Positions 55,964-64,000 of a stretch of 64,000 nucleotides of DNA are shown in pieces. Location: NCBI GenBank assembly GCA_035534855.1, contig DATLRD010000090.1, positions 1,349-65,348 of the forward strand, read 5' to 3'. Numbering within the stretch: the first letter of the stretch is position 1; the number at the start of each line of letters is the position of its first letter. The notes below the pieces were generated by a model, which was given only the letters and a program-made list of their open reading frames with translations, searched no databases and was not told the origin of the DNA. A program made the translations under genes and the position numbers. This stretch comes from Stellaceae bacterium (lineage in GTDB: Bacteria; Pseudomonadota; Alphaproteobacteria; ATCC43930; CGMCC-115725).

Positions 55964-57208
55964 ATGTCTCTCCTCGTCGAACTCTCGGGCGTGCAGGCCG
56001 CGCAGACCCAAATCGACACGGTCGGCAACAACATCGCTAATGTGGCGACGGCCGGGTTCAAGGGCTCGACCGCCGATTTCTCAGACGTTTACGCCGGCTC
56101 ACTGGTCGGCGCCGCCGGCGCGAATACCACACCTGGACAGGGGGTCAACACCACCAGCCTGGCGCAGCTTTTCACCGAGGGCACGATCAACCAGACCGGC
56201 AACCCGCTGAACGTAGCAATCAACGGCAACGGGTTTTTCCAGCTGCAGACGCCGGCTGGCATCGCCTATGGCCGCAACGGCAACTTCCAGATCAACAGCA
56301 GCGGGTATCTGGTAACCGACGCCGGCGCCCAGGTCATGGGGTTCTCGCCGCCGGTGCCGGGCAGCAGCGCCAATGGCGTAATCGAGCCGATCAAGGTGCC
56401 AGGCGGCAATATCAGCGCGGTGCCTACCGCGAATTTGACGCTAAACGTCAATCTGCCGTCGACCGATGCGCCGATCAACACGACGACCAATCCGTTCAGC
56501 GTCACGAATGCCAGCAGCTATGATGAAAGCACCACCACGGCGGTGTACGACAGCCTCGGGGTATCCCATACGTTAACCACCTATTTCACCCAGGTCAGCG
56601 GCTCGGGCACACCCAACCAGTGGCAGACGCACTGGCAGTTGAGCGACACCTCGGGCACTGCAGTGGCTTCGGGCAGCGGGCCGATGCTGAACTTCAACAG
56701 CGCCGGCCAGCTCACCTCGGGCAGCGGCACGATCACGATCAACAACTTGCCCAGCGGTGCGGCCAATCTGAACATCGTCCAGTCATTCTCCGGCACGTCG
56801 CTGTCGAACCTCACGTTCGGGGTCAATTCGATCAGCAATGACGGTAACGGCGCCGGCCAGTTCACCGGGGTGGAGATCTCATCCGACGGGGCGATCACCG
56901 GCCAGTTCAGCAATGGCTTGACGCGGACCTACGGCACCCTCGCGTTGGCCGCTTTCGCCAACCCGCAGGGCCTCGTTCCGACCTCGAACAATGTCTGGCA
57001 GGCGTCGATCGCCTCGGGCAACCCGGTGCTCAACACGCCCGGCTCGGCGGGGCTCGGCACTGTGCAATCCGGCGCACTCGAGGGGTCGAACGTCGATCTG
57101 TCGGCGCAGCTCGTCAACCTGATCGCCGCCCAGCAGGCGTACCAGGCAAATGTCCAGGGCATCAACGTCGAGCAGCAGAACGTGCAGCGCCTGCTGACCA
57201 TCCAGTAG
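55964..57208 (+). CDS. flgE: flagellar hook protein FlgE
   Basis: 414 aa from ATG 55964. N-terminus GVQAAQTQIDTVGNNIANVATAGFK. C-terminus GALEGSNVDLSAQLVNLIAAQQAYQANVQ. Confidence 0.92.
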   Translation: MSLLVELSGVQAAQTQIDTVGNNIANVATAGFKGSTADFSDVYAGSLVGAAGANTTPGQGVNTTSLAQLFTEGTINQTGNPLNVAINGNGFFQLQTPAGIAYGRNGNFQINSSGYLVTDAGAQVMGFSPPVPGSSANGVIEPIKVPGGNISAVPTANLTLNVNLPSTDAPINTTTNPFSVTNASSYDESTTTAVYDSLGVSHTLTTYFTQVSGSGTPNQWQTHWQLSDTSGTAVASGSGPMLNFNSAGQLTSGSGTITINNLPSGAANLNIVQSFSGTSLSNLTFGVNSISNDGNGAGQFTGVEISSDGAITGQFSNGLTRTYGTLALAAFANPQGLVPTSNNVWQASIASGNPVLNTPGSAGLGTVQSGALEGSNVDLSAQLVNLIAAQQAYQANVQGINVEQQNVQRLLTIQ

Positions 57209-57250
57209 CCGCGCGGCCCCAATGACCCAGAACGTGCCGAGTGAGATAGG

Positions 57251-57994
57251 ATGAGTGAGCAACTGCTCTATCTGGCGCTGAGCGGGCTGAATGCGACGAT
57301 GGATCGCATCACCGCGAACACCAACAATCTGGCCAATGCCAACACCACGGCGTTCAAGGCGCAGCGCCCGGTGTTTCAGGCCTTTCCACTGTATGGCCAG
57401 GGGCTGGCCGATCGCGTCGATGTCGGCGCCGAGCAGGACACTGCCAACTTTCAGCCGGGCCCGATCCAGCAGACCGGGAACAAGCTCGATGTCGCGGTCA
57501 GCGGCAGCGGCTGGATCGCGGTGCGTGCCACCGACGGCTCGACCGCGCTGACCCGCAACGGCTCGCTGTCGCTGTCGCCGACCCACGTGCTGCAAACCAG
57601 CGACGGCCACCCGGTGCTCGGCTCCGGTGGGGGGCCGATCACCCTGCCGCCGATGCAGAATATCACGATCGGCAAGGACGGCACGATCTCCGGTGCGCTC
57701 GAAGGGCAGAGCCCCGACCAGATTGTCGCGCTGAACCGGATACTGTTGGTGAACCCGCCGGCAAAGGCGCTGCAGCGCCGGACCGACGGGCTGTTCACCG
57801 ACACTGCCGGTGTGGCAAAACCAGATCCCACGGTGCAGTTGCAGGTAGGCGCGCTCGAAGGCAGCAACGCCGACACCGTCGGGATCATGATGAGCATGCT
57901 GGAAAACACCCGCATGTTCCAGATGCAGACCCAACTGACGCACCTGGTGCTGAGCGCCCAGCAGAGCCAGGGCACCCCCCTCAGCATTACTTGA
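57251..57994 (+). CDS. flgF: flagellar basal-body rod protein FlgF
   Basis: 247 aa with rod-family N- and C-terminal heptads (TANTNNLANANTTAFKA; GALEGSNADTVGIMMSMLENTRMFQMQ). Confidence 0.9.
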   Translation: MSEQLLYLALSGLNATMDRITANTNNLANANTTAFKAQRPVFQAFPLYGQGLADRVDVGAEQDTANFQPGPIQQTGNKLDVAVSGSGWIAVRATDGSTALTRNGSLSLSPTHVLQTSDGHPVLGSGGGPITLPPMQNITIGKDGTISGALEGQSPDQIVALNRILLVNPPAKALQRRTDGLFTDTAGVAKPDPTVQLQVGALEGSNADTVGIMMSMLENTRMFQMQTQLTHLVLSAQQSQGTPLSIT

Positions 57995-58027
57995 GCTTGA
58001 GCGGCGAGCCGCCGCGGAGGTCCGAAA

Positions 58028-58816
58028 ATGATGCAGTCGCTGGCCGTGGTTCGCACCGGCCTCGAGGGCGAACAGACCAAGATGGACATCATTTCCAACA
58101 ACCTGGCCAATATCAACACGGCCGGGTTCAAGAAGATGCGTCCGATCTTCAACGACCTGCTGTACCAGAACGCGACCCAGCCCGGCGGCTTCACCTCGCA
58201 GGCGACCAACTACCCGTCCGGGCTGCAGCAGGGCACCGGGGCCAATGTGGTGGCGACCGAGCCGGTGGTGACCCAGGGCAGCCTCGAACAGACCGGCAAT
58301 GCCCTCGACCTCGCGATAAACGGCGGCGGCTACTTCCAGATATTGCTGCCGTCGGGCCAACTCGCCTACAGCCGCGACGGCAGCTTTCAGTTGAGCGCGA
58401 CCGGCCAAGTCGTCACCGCGACCGGCAACGCGCTGCAGCCGCCGATCACCATTCCGCGCGGCGCGCTCAGCGTCACGGTCGGTACCGACGGCACGGTCAG
58501 CGTGCAGATCCAGGGGCAGGCCAATCCGTCGCAAGTCGGGCTGATCCAGCTCGCCAATTTCGTCAATCCCGCGGGGTTGCAGAATACCGGCGGCAATCTG
58601 GCGATCCAGACCCAGGCATCCGGTCCGCCGGTAACCGGGCAGCCGAGCCAGAACGGGCTCGGGACGGTGGCGCAGGGTTATCTCGAAGGGTCGAACGTAT
58701 CGGTCGTCGACGAGATGATCGACATGATCGCGACGCAGCGCGCCTATGAGCTTAATACGCAGGCGGCCAAGAGCGTCGACAATATGCTTGGCTACCTCAC
58801 CCAGACTGCGTCGTGA
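58028..58816 (+). CDS. flgG: flagellar distal rod protein FlgG
   Basis: 262 aa. MDIISNNLANINTAGFKK...GYLEGSNVSVVDEMIDMIATQRAYELNTQ. Confidence 0.95.
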   Translation: MMQSLAVVRTGLEGEQTKMDIISNNLANINTAGFKKMRPIFNDLLYQNATQPGGFTSQATNYPSGLQQGTGANVVATEPVVTQGSLEQTGNALDLAINGGGYFQILLPSGQLAYSRDGSFQLSATGQVVTATGNALQPPITIPRGALSVTVGTDGTVSVQIQGQANPSQVGLIQLANFVNPAGLQNTGGNLAIQTQASGPPVTGQPSQNGLGTVAQGYLEGSNVSVVDEMIDMIATQRAYELNTQAAKSVDNMLGYLTQTAS

Positions 58817-59553
58817 ATCCGCGCTGCCGAGTTTCGCCCGGGGCGGTGCTTCTGGTGCTCGGCAGCGGTCTGGCCGCGTGTCAGGGGCCGGCCCCGCCGC
58901 ACAAGAGCGACATGCTGGCACAGCTCGACCACCTGCCTGGCGATCGCCCGATCTCGGCGCCGGTCACCAACGGCGCGATCTATCAGAGCAACGTGCAGGG
59001 CGCCGGTGGGTTTGAACTGTTCCGCGATCACCGGGTATGGCAGATCGGCGACATCGTCACGGTGCAGATCACCCAGAACGCCGCCGCGAGCAAGAACGTC
59101 AGCCAGAATCTCGGCCGCACCGACAACGTCTCCAGCACGCTCACCAACCTGTTCGGCCTGCCGACCTCGTTCGGCCATTCGAGCGCGACCTCCAAGTTCA
59201 ACCCCAACCTGAACTATTCCAGCAACAACACCTTCGCCGGCAGCGGCGCGACCGCGCAGAACGACAGCTTTGTCACCACGGTCTCGGCGATGGTGCACCG
59301 CATCCGGCCGAATGGGGATCTGGTCATCGCCGGCACCGACGAAATCAAGCTGGTCGGCGGCCCGGAATACATCCGCATCGCCGGGGTGGTGCGCCCCGAA
59401 GACCTTTCGGGCAACGTCGTCAACTCGACCCAGATGGCCGAGGCGCATATCGAGTTCAGCGGCGATGGCGAAACCTATCTCGCACCCAAGATGGGGCTGT
59501 TGCAGCGGCTGTTCCTCTCGGTGAGTACGGTATGGCCGGGCGACTGGTTCTAG
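58813..59553 (+). CDS. flgH: flagellar L-ring lipoprotein FlgH
   Basis: 246 aa with lipobox LGSGLAAC. Contains DHRVWQIGDIVTVQI and GDLVIAGTDEIKLVGGPEYIRIAGVVRPEDL. Confidence 0.92.
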   Translation: MNPRCRVSPGAVLLVLGSGLAACQGPAPPHKSDMLAQLDHLPGDRPISAPVTNGAIYQSNVQGAGGFELFRDHRVWQIGDIVTVQITQNAAASKNVSQNLGRTDNVSSTLTNLFGLPTSFGHSSATSKFNPNLNYSSNNTFAGSGATAQNDSFVTTVSAMVHRIRPNGDLVIAGTDEIKLVGGPEYIRIAGVVRPEDLSGNVVNSTQMAEAHIEFSGDGETYLAPKMGLLQRLFLSVSTVWPGDWF

Positions 59554-60662
59554 CCATCACAGCGCTGGTCGCGCTGGTCGCGCTGGTCGCGCTGGTCTGC
59601 GGGCTTGCGCCGCAGCCGGCGCAGGCCGAGCGCATCCGCGATCTGGCGCAGGTCGAAGGTGCGCGCAGCAACCAGCTGATCGGCTATGGGCTGGTCGGCG
59701 GGCTGGCGGGAACCGGCGACCAGACGACGCAGGTGCCCTATACCGTCCAGGCAATCACCAACATGCTGCGGCAGATGGGCCTGACCCTCAACCCGCAGTC
59801 GTTTCTGCAGCCCACCGCGGTGGCGGCCGTCATGGTGACGGCGGAATTGCCGGCGTTCATGCAGATCGGCCAGCGCATCGACGTCACCGTGTCGGCGATG
59901 GGCAACGCCAAGAGCCTGCGCGGCGGCGTGCTGCTGATGACCGAATTGCGCGGCGCCGACGGCCAGGTCTATGCGATCGCGCAGGGCTCGCTGCTGGTCA
60001 GCGGCTTCGAAGCGAGCGGGCAGGCGGCGTCGGCTACGGTCAACATCCCGACCGTCGCGCAAATCCCGCAGGGCGCCTCCATCGAGCGGCGGGTCGCAGC
60101 GAGTTATGCCAATAACGGCATCGTCAGGCTTGATCTCGATCGCCGCTCGTTCGGCAACGCGGCGCGGATCAGCGACGCGATCAACGCGCGCATGGGGCCG
60201 ATCGCGGTGGCCGACGGGCCGGCCCAGGTCATGGTCCGCGGGCCGCAGGTGGCCCAGGCACAGGTGCAGTTCGTCGCCCGGCTGCTCGACATTCCGGTGA
60301 CCGTCGAGGCGCCTGACGCGGAGGTCGTGATCGACGCGCAGAGCGGCACCGTCGTCATGGGGCAGGATGTGCATATCGGCCCCGCGGCGGTGGCCTACGG
60401 CATGCTGTCGGTAACCGTCAACGAAACGCCCCAGGTGTCGCAGCCGGGGCCGTTCAGCCGGGGCCAAACGAAGACGGTACCGCGCACCCAGGTTCAGGCC
60501 AGCGAAAAGCCGCTCAAGGTCATCGAGCTGCAAAACGCGCCCCGGGTCTCCGATATCGTGCGCAACCTGAATGCGATCGGGGCGACCTCGTCCGACCTGA
60601 TCGCCATTCTTCAGGCGCTAAAAGAGGCCGGCGCGCTGCACGCCCGGATCAAGGTGATCTGA
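59532..60662 (+). CDS. flgI: flagellar P-ring protein FlgI
   Basis: 376 aa from ATG 59532. A signal peptide, then [31 protein letters not shown]. Overlaps flgH by 22 nt. Confidence 0.93.
   Translation: MAGRLVLAITALVALVALVALVCGLAPQPAQAERIRDLAQVEGARSNQLIGYGLVGGLAGTGDQTTQVPYTVQAITNMLRQMGLTLNPQSFLQPTAVAAVMVTAELPAFMQIGQRIDVTVSAMGNAKSLRGGVLLMTELRGADGQVYAIAQGSLLVSGFEASGQAASATVNIPTVAQIPQGASIERRVAASYANNGIVRLDLDRRSFGNAARISDAINARMGPIAVADGPAQVMVRGPQVAQAQVQFVARLLDIPVTVEAPDAEVVIDAQSGTVVMGQDVHIGPAAVAYGMLSVTVNETPQVSQPGPFSRGQTKTVPRTQVQASEKPLKVIELQNAPRVSDIVRNLNAIGATSSDLIAILQALKEAGALHARIKVI
59562..59597 (+). repeat. 9-bp tandem repeat x4 in the FlgI signal-peptide coding region
   Basis: GCGCTGGTC repeated four times exactly, encoding (ALV)x4. 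Confidence 0.95.
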
Positions 60663-60663
60663 C

Positions 60664-61818
60664 GTGGGCCCGGCAGGCGCCCAATATCTCGCGGCGATGA
60701 ACAACCCCAATGCGGTGTCGGGGTTGCTTAAACACGCCGACACGCCCGCCGCAGCCCGGGCGGTGGCGCAGCAATTCGGCGCACTGTTGCTGCAAGGGCT
60801 GCTGCAGCAGAATGACGGGTCGGGCATTCCGGTGGCCGATGGGGTCGGCGCCGGCGTGGTGAATTCGTTGTTTGCCAGCACGATGGGCAAGGTCGCGATG
60901 TCGGGCGAAAAGCTCGGTCTGGCCGATCTGATGCTGCGTTCGATCGAGCAGAAGCAGGCCGAGCAGGCGCACGGCCTGACGGCCGGCGCGGCAAACGGCA
61001 CGGGCGCCGCAGCAGGCGGCACAAGCGCCGCCGCCGCCGCCCGCGGGCCCGGCAACGGGTTTCCGCTCTCGGCCTATTGGGCGGCCAACGGCATGCGTCC
61101 GCTCGCCGCTGGTCCCGGTGCTGCCGCACCCGCCGCCACGACCTCGCATTCCGCCGCGCCGGTGACCGCCGCCGGGATCCCGCTGTCGCGGTATATGAAG
61201 GCCGCGGCGTTCGTGCTGCCGCCGGCCAATGCTGCGGCGCCGGCGGCGGGTTTGCCGCCGACGCCAGCCGCCCTGCCGCCGGCGGGCGGCGACGGGGCCG
61301 GTGCCGCGCGCGAGGGCGGCACGGCGGCGTTCGCCGCCGAGCTGGCGCCGCTGCTGCAGCAGGCGGCGCAGCAGCTTGGGGTGTCGCCGCGCATTCTGCT
61401 GGCGCAGACCGCGATCGAGACCGGCTGGGGCCGTTCGGTGGTCGGCAACAACCTGTTTGGGATCAAGGCCGGCTCGTCATGGACCGGGGCGCGGGTGTCG
61501 AGCGCGACCCACGAATATGAAAACGGCCAGATGGTGCCGATCGTCGACTCGTTCCGCGCCTATCCGAGCCTCGCTGCGTCGGTACAGGATTTCGTCTCGC
61601 TGGTTTCCAGCAGTCCGCGCTACCGCGCTGCGCTGGGCAAGGGCGAGGACGCTGCCGGTTACGCCCAGGCCCTGATGTCCGGCGGCTGGGCCACCGATAT
61701 CGATTATGTGCGCAAGCTCGAAGCGGTCGCCGGTGGCGCCCGCGCCCGCGCGCCCTTTGCGCAACCCGGGCCGCCGGTGGTGCTGCGGCCGGCCAGTTTC
61801 GCCGCCATCCCGCTGTAG
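60664..61818 (+). CDS. flgJ: FlgJ, dual-domain (rod-binding N-terminus plus glucosaminidase C-terminus)
   Basis: 384 aa, GTG start. N-terminal rod-binding motif ([20 protein letters not shown]), an Ala/Gly/Pro linker, and a C-terminal muramidase domain ([14 protein letters not shown]...NNLFGIK...YRAYPS...GYATD). Confidence 0.88.
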   Translation: MGPAGAQYLAAMNNPNAVSGLLKHADTPAAARAVAQQFGALLLQGLLQQNDGSGIPVADGVGAGVVNSLFASTMGKVAMSGEKLGLADLMLRSIEQKQAEQAHGLTAGAANGTGAAAGGTSAAAAARGPGNGFPLSAYWAANGMRPLAAGPGAAAPAATTSHSAAPVTAAGIPLSRYMKAAAFVLPPANAAAPAAGLPPTPAALPPAGGDGAGAAREGGTAAFAAELAPLLQQAAQQLGVSPRILLAQTAIETGWGRSVVGNNLFGIKAGSSWTGARVSSATHEYENGQMVPIVDSFRAYPSLAASVQDFVSLVSSSPRYRAALGKGEDAAGYAQALMSGGWATDIDYVRKLEAVAGGARARAPFAQPGPPVVLRPASFAAIPL

Positions 61819-61823
61819 CGCCG

Positions 61824-62201
61824 ATGACCGCGCCCGAAACCGATCTGATGATCCGGGAGGCCCGCGCGGCCCGGCGTCTCGGCCGGTTGTTCCGGGCCGA
61901 GCGGGCCGGAGGTTACGATCGCCGGCCGGCAGAGACCGTGTGGCGGCTGGTCGCGCGGCGCGGCGACCTGCTCGCCGAGCTGGCGCAACTCGAGCGACGC
62001 CGCCGGGCGCTGGGGCTGCAGCCGTCGCCGGAACTTGCCGCCGCGCTCCGCGACCTGGCGCACGAGACGGCGTGGTCGCGCGGCCGCGCCGAGGCGCTGG
62101 CCGCGGCCCTCGCCGACGAGATCGCGGCGCGCCGCCACCTGGGCGAGGCCAGCGGGCTGCGCGGCGTCGGCGGCGCTGGCCGCCTGTTGGGACAAGGCTG
62201 A
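61824..62201 (+). CDS. hypothetical protein embedded between flgJ and flgK (orf125)
   Basis: 125 aa, Arg/Ala/Leu/Glu-rich and probably all-helical, with high GC3. It starts 5 nt after flgJ and ends 1 nt before flgK. No family recognised. Confidence 0.55.
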   Translation: MTAPETDLMIREARAARRLGRLFRAERAGGYDRRPAETVWRLVARRGDLLAELAQLERRRRALGLQPSPELAAALRDLAHETAWSRGRAEALAAALADEIAARRHLGEASGLRGVGGAGRLLGQG

Positions 62202-62202
62202 G

Positions 62203-64000
62203 ATGACCGGCCTGACCCAGCTGCTGTACACGGGCGCCAGCGGCGTGATGGCCGCGACCGAGGCGATGCAGACCGTCTCGAACAACACCGCCAACGTCAA
62301 CACGCCCGGCTACAACGTCCAATCGGTCAACCAGGTCCAGATCCCGGGGCAACCTGGCGTCCCCGGCTCGGGCGTGCAGGTCACGTCGATCCAGCGCTCG
62401 TTTCAGCAATTCGTCTACCAGCAGCTCGTCGCCGCCGGGTCTGCCAGCCAGGCGGCGCAGGTCAACCAGACCAGCGCGCAGACCCTGTCGGCGCTGTTTC
62501 CGGTTGCGTCGGGCGGGGCCAACGGGCTTGGCGCCACGCTCAACAGCTTTTTCGCGGCGGTCAACACCGTCGCGCAGGACCCGACCAGCCAGCCCAACCG
62601 GCAATTGTTTCTCAACAACGCCCAGTCGCTGGCCTCGAATTTCAACTCTCTCGGCTCCCAGCTGGCGACCAATCTGACCGACCTGAACAACCAGATGACC
62701 CAGGCGGTGCAGCAGATCAACACGCTGGCCCAGCAGATCGCCAGCGACAACGCGGTGATCGGCGCGCAATCCACCGGCGCGGCCGGCGCGCCCAACAGCC
62801 TGCTCGATCAGCGCGACTATCTGGTGCAGCAGCTGGGCCAGCAGCTCGGGCTAACGCTGATTCCTCAGAGCAACGGCACCGTTGACGTCTACACCGCGAG
62901 CGGCGACGCGCTGGTTAACGGCTCCTCGGCCTACCATCTCTCGACATCCCCGGGGGCGTATGGCTCCGGCGCCGTATCGATAATCTATGGTCCGAACGGC
63001 CAGGACATGACCGCAGCGCTGACCGGCGGCACGATCGGCGGGTTGCTGACCGCCCGCAGCCAGCTGATCAGCGCCCAGGATTCGGTCGGCGCGCTGGCGG
63101 TATCGCTGGCCGACGCGATCAACACGCAGCAGACGCTGGGTCTCGACCAGAACGGCAGCTTGGGAACGGCGCTGTTTGCCACTGCCGGCCCGATGGCGCT
63201 GCCCGATCAGGCGAACACCGGCAGCGCCGCGCTCAGCGCCAAGATCACCAGCCCCAACGCGTTTACCCCCGGCGAGTTCATCATCACCAATACGGCAAGC
63301 GGGTTCGAGGCGGTCAACACGACCAGCGGCCAGGCGACCGCGCTCGGCAGCGGCCCGATTTTGAACCTCGACGGGATGACCATCACCGTGACCGGCAGCG
63401 CCGCGGTCGGCGACAGCTTTCTGCTGCAGCCGACGACCCAGGCGGCCGCCGCGCTGCGGGTCGTCACCAGCACCCCGGCAGCGATCGCTGCCGCCTCGCC
63501 CTATGTCGCGACCGCCGCCGACACCAATGCAGGCAACGTTACCGCGGCCGCCGGCAGCCCGACGCTGAGCAGCGCCCTGCCGGCCGGCACGACGGTGATC
63601 CCGGCCGCGCAATTCGGCCAGAACCTGTCGATCCAGTTCACCTCGGCCAACAGCTTCAACGTGCTGTCGAGCAGCAACGCGGTGCTTGCATCGGGCAGCT
63701 TCAACCCGGCGACCGGTGCGGAGATCGCGATCGCCTACCCCGCATCGGCGCCGGCGGGCGAGGTTGCTACCGTCACGCTGTCGCCCGGCAGTGCCGCCGC
63801 CGGCGACACCTTCTCGCTGACTCCGGGCGGGATCGGCAGCAACGGCAACATGGTGGCGATGGCAAGCCTGGCAAGCCAGAACCTGCTCTCCGGGCAGACG
63901 CTGTCGAGCGTCTATGCCGGGCTGGTCGGCGTGGTCGGCAGCAACGGCCAGGCCGCGTCGGTCGCATCCCAGGCGGCGCAAGGCGTGCTGTCGCAGGCGC
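62203..64000 (+). CDS. flgK: flagellar hook-associated protein 1 FlgK (3' end outside the window)
   Basis: Open frame from ATG 62203 to the window edge, so it is not in the ORF track. MTGLTQLLYTGASGVMAATEAMQTVSNNTANVNTPGYNVQSV... is the FlgK/rod-family N-terminus. Confidence 0.88.
   Translation, partial: MTGLTQLLYTGASGVMAATEAMQTVSNNTANVNTPGYNVQSVNQVQIPGQPGVPGSGVQVTSIQRSFQQFVYQQLVAAGSASQAAQVNQTSAQTLSALFPVASGGANGLGATLNSFFAAVNTVAQDPTSQPNRQLFLNNAQSLASNFNSLGSQLATNLTDLNNQMTQAVQQINTLAQQIASDNAVIGAQSTGAAGAPNSLLDQRDYLVQQLGQQLGLTLIPQSNGTVDVYTASGDALVNGSSAYHLSTSPGAYGSGAVSIIYGPNGQDMTAALTGGTIGGLLTARSQLISAQDSVGALAVSLADAINTQQTLGLDQNGSLGTALFATAGPMALPDQANTGSAALSAKITSPNAFTPGEFIITNTASGFEAVNTTSGQATALGSGPILNLDGMTITVTGSAAVGDSFLLQPTTQAAAALRVVTSTPAAIAAASPYVATAADTNAGNVTAAAGSPTLSSALPAGTTVIPAAQFGQNLSIQFTSANSFNVLSSSNAVLASGSFNPATGAEIAIAYPASAPAGEVATVTLSPGSAAAGDTFSLTPGGIGSNGNMVAMASLASQNLLSGQTLSSVYAGLVGVVGSNGQAASVASQAAQGVLSQA

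Overview
High-GC chromosomal segment that looks alphaproteobacterial (inferred from a DivK-like receiver, cobS-cobT plus a J-domain gene, CIRCE-groESL and ffs-dnaX). It has two parts.

(1) About 1-34.2 kb is ordinary core genes, tightly packed: SRP RNA, dnaX-ybaB-recR, cobT-cobS, a J-domain protein, a GNAT, groES-groEL with CIRCE, promoter and terminator, mepA, a divK-like receiver, maiA, ctpA, argE, folE, apaG, an MFS transporter, an Atm1-type ABC exporter, a MeaB GTPase and a livFGMH-plus-binding-protein importer. The odd spots here are:
- a decayed ATP-grasp pseudogene
- a trypsin/PDZ protein that appears to have lost its whole catalytic triad
- an unlisted orphan Flp-pilin ORF next to a ~24% GC island
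- two genes (recR, argE) with no canonical start codon
- tandem repeats inside two signal peptides

(2) 34.65-64 kb is one large flagellar locus. The first array is a PilZ-like gene, then fliE-F-G-K-M-N-Q-flhA-fliA-motA-motB-orf95-fliH-I-J-L-O-P-Q-R-flhB. flgN-flgA are divergent from it. The second array is flgB-C-D-E-F-G-H-I-J-orf125-flgK, truncated by the window edge.

I saw no tRNA, rRNA, CRISPR, transposase, integrase or recognisable defence or toxin-antitoxin module. I cannot point to a clear-cut novel multi-gene system. The most unusual content is inside the flagellar locus:
- two divergent fliQ paralogs alongside single-copy fliP, fliR, flhB and flhA
- two operon-embedded ORFs of unknown function (95 and 125 aa)
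- no room for flgM although fliA is present
- a beta/gamma-type gene set (fused FlgJ, FliA, FlgN) in an alpha-like background

All family calls come from motif recognition by eye. Nothing was searched against a database.
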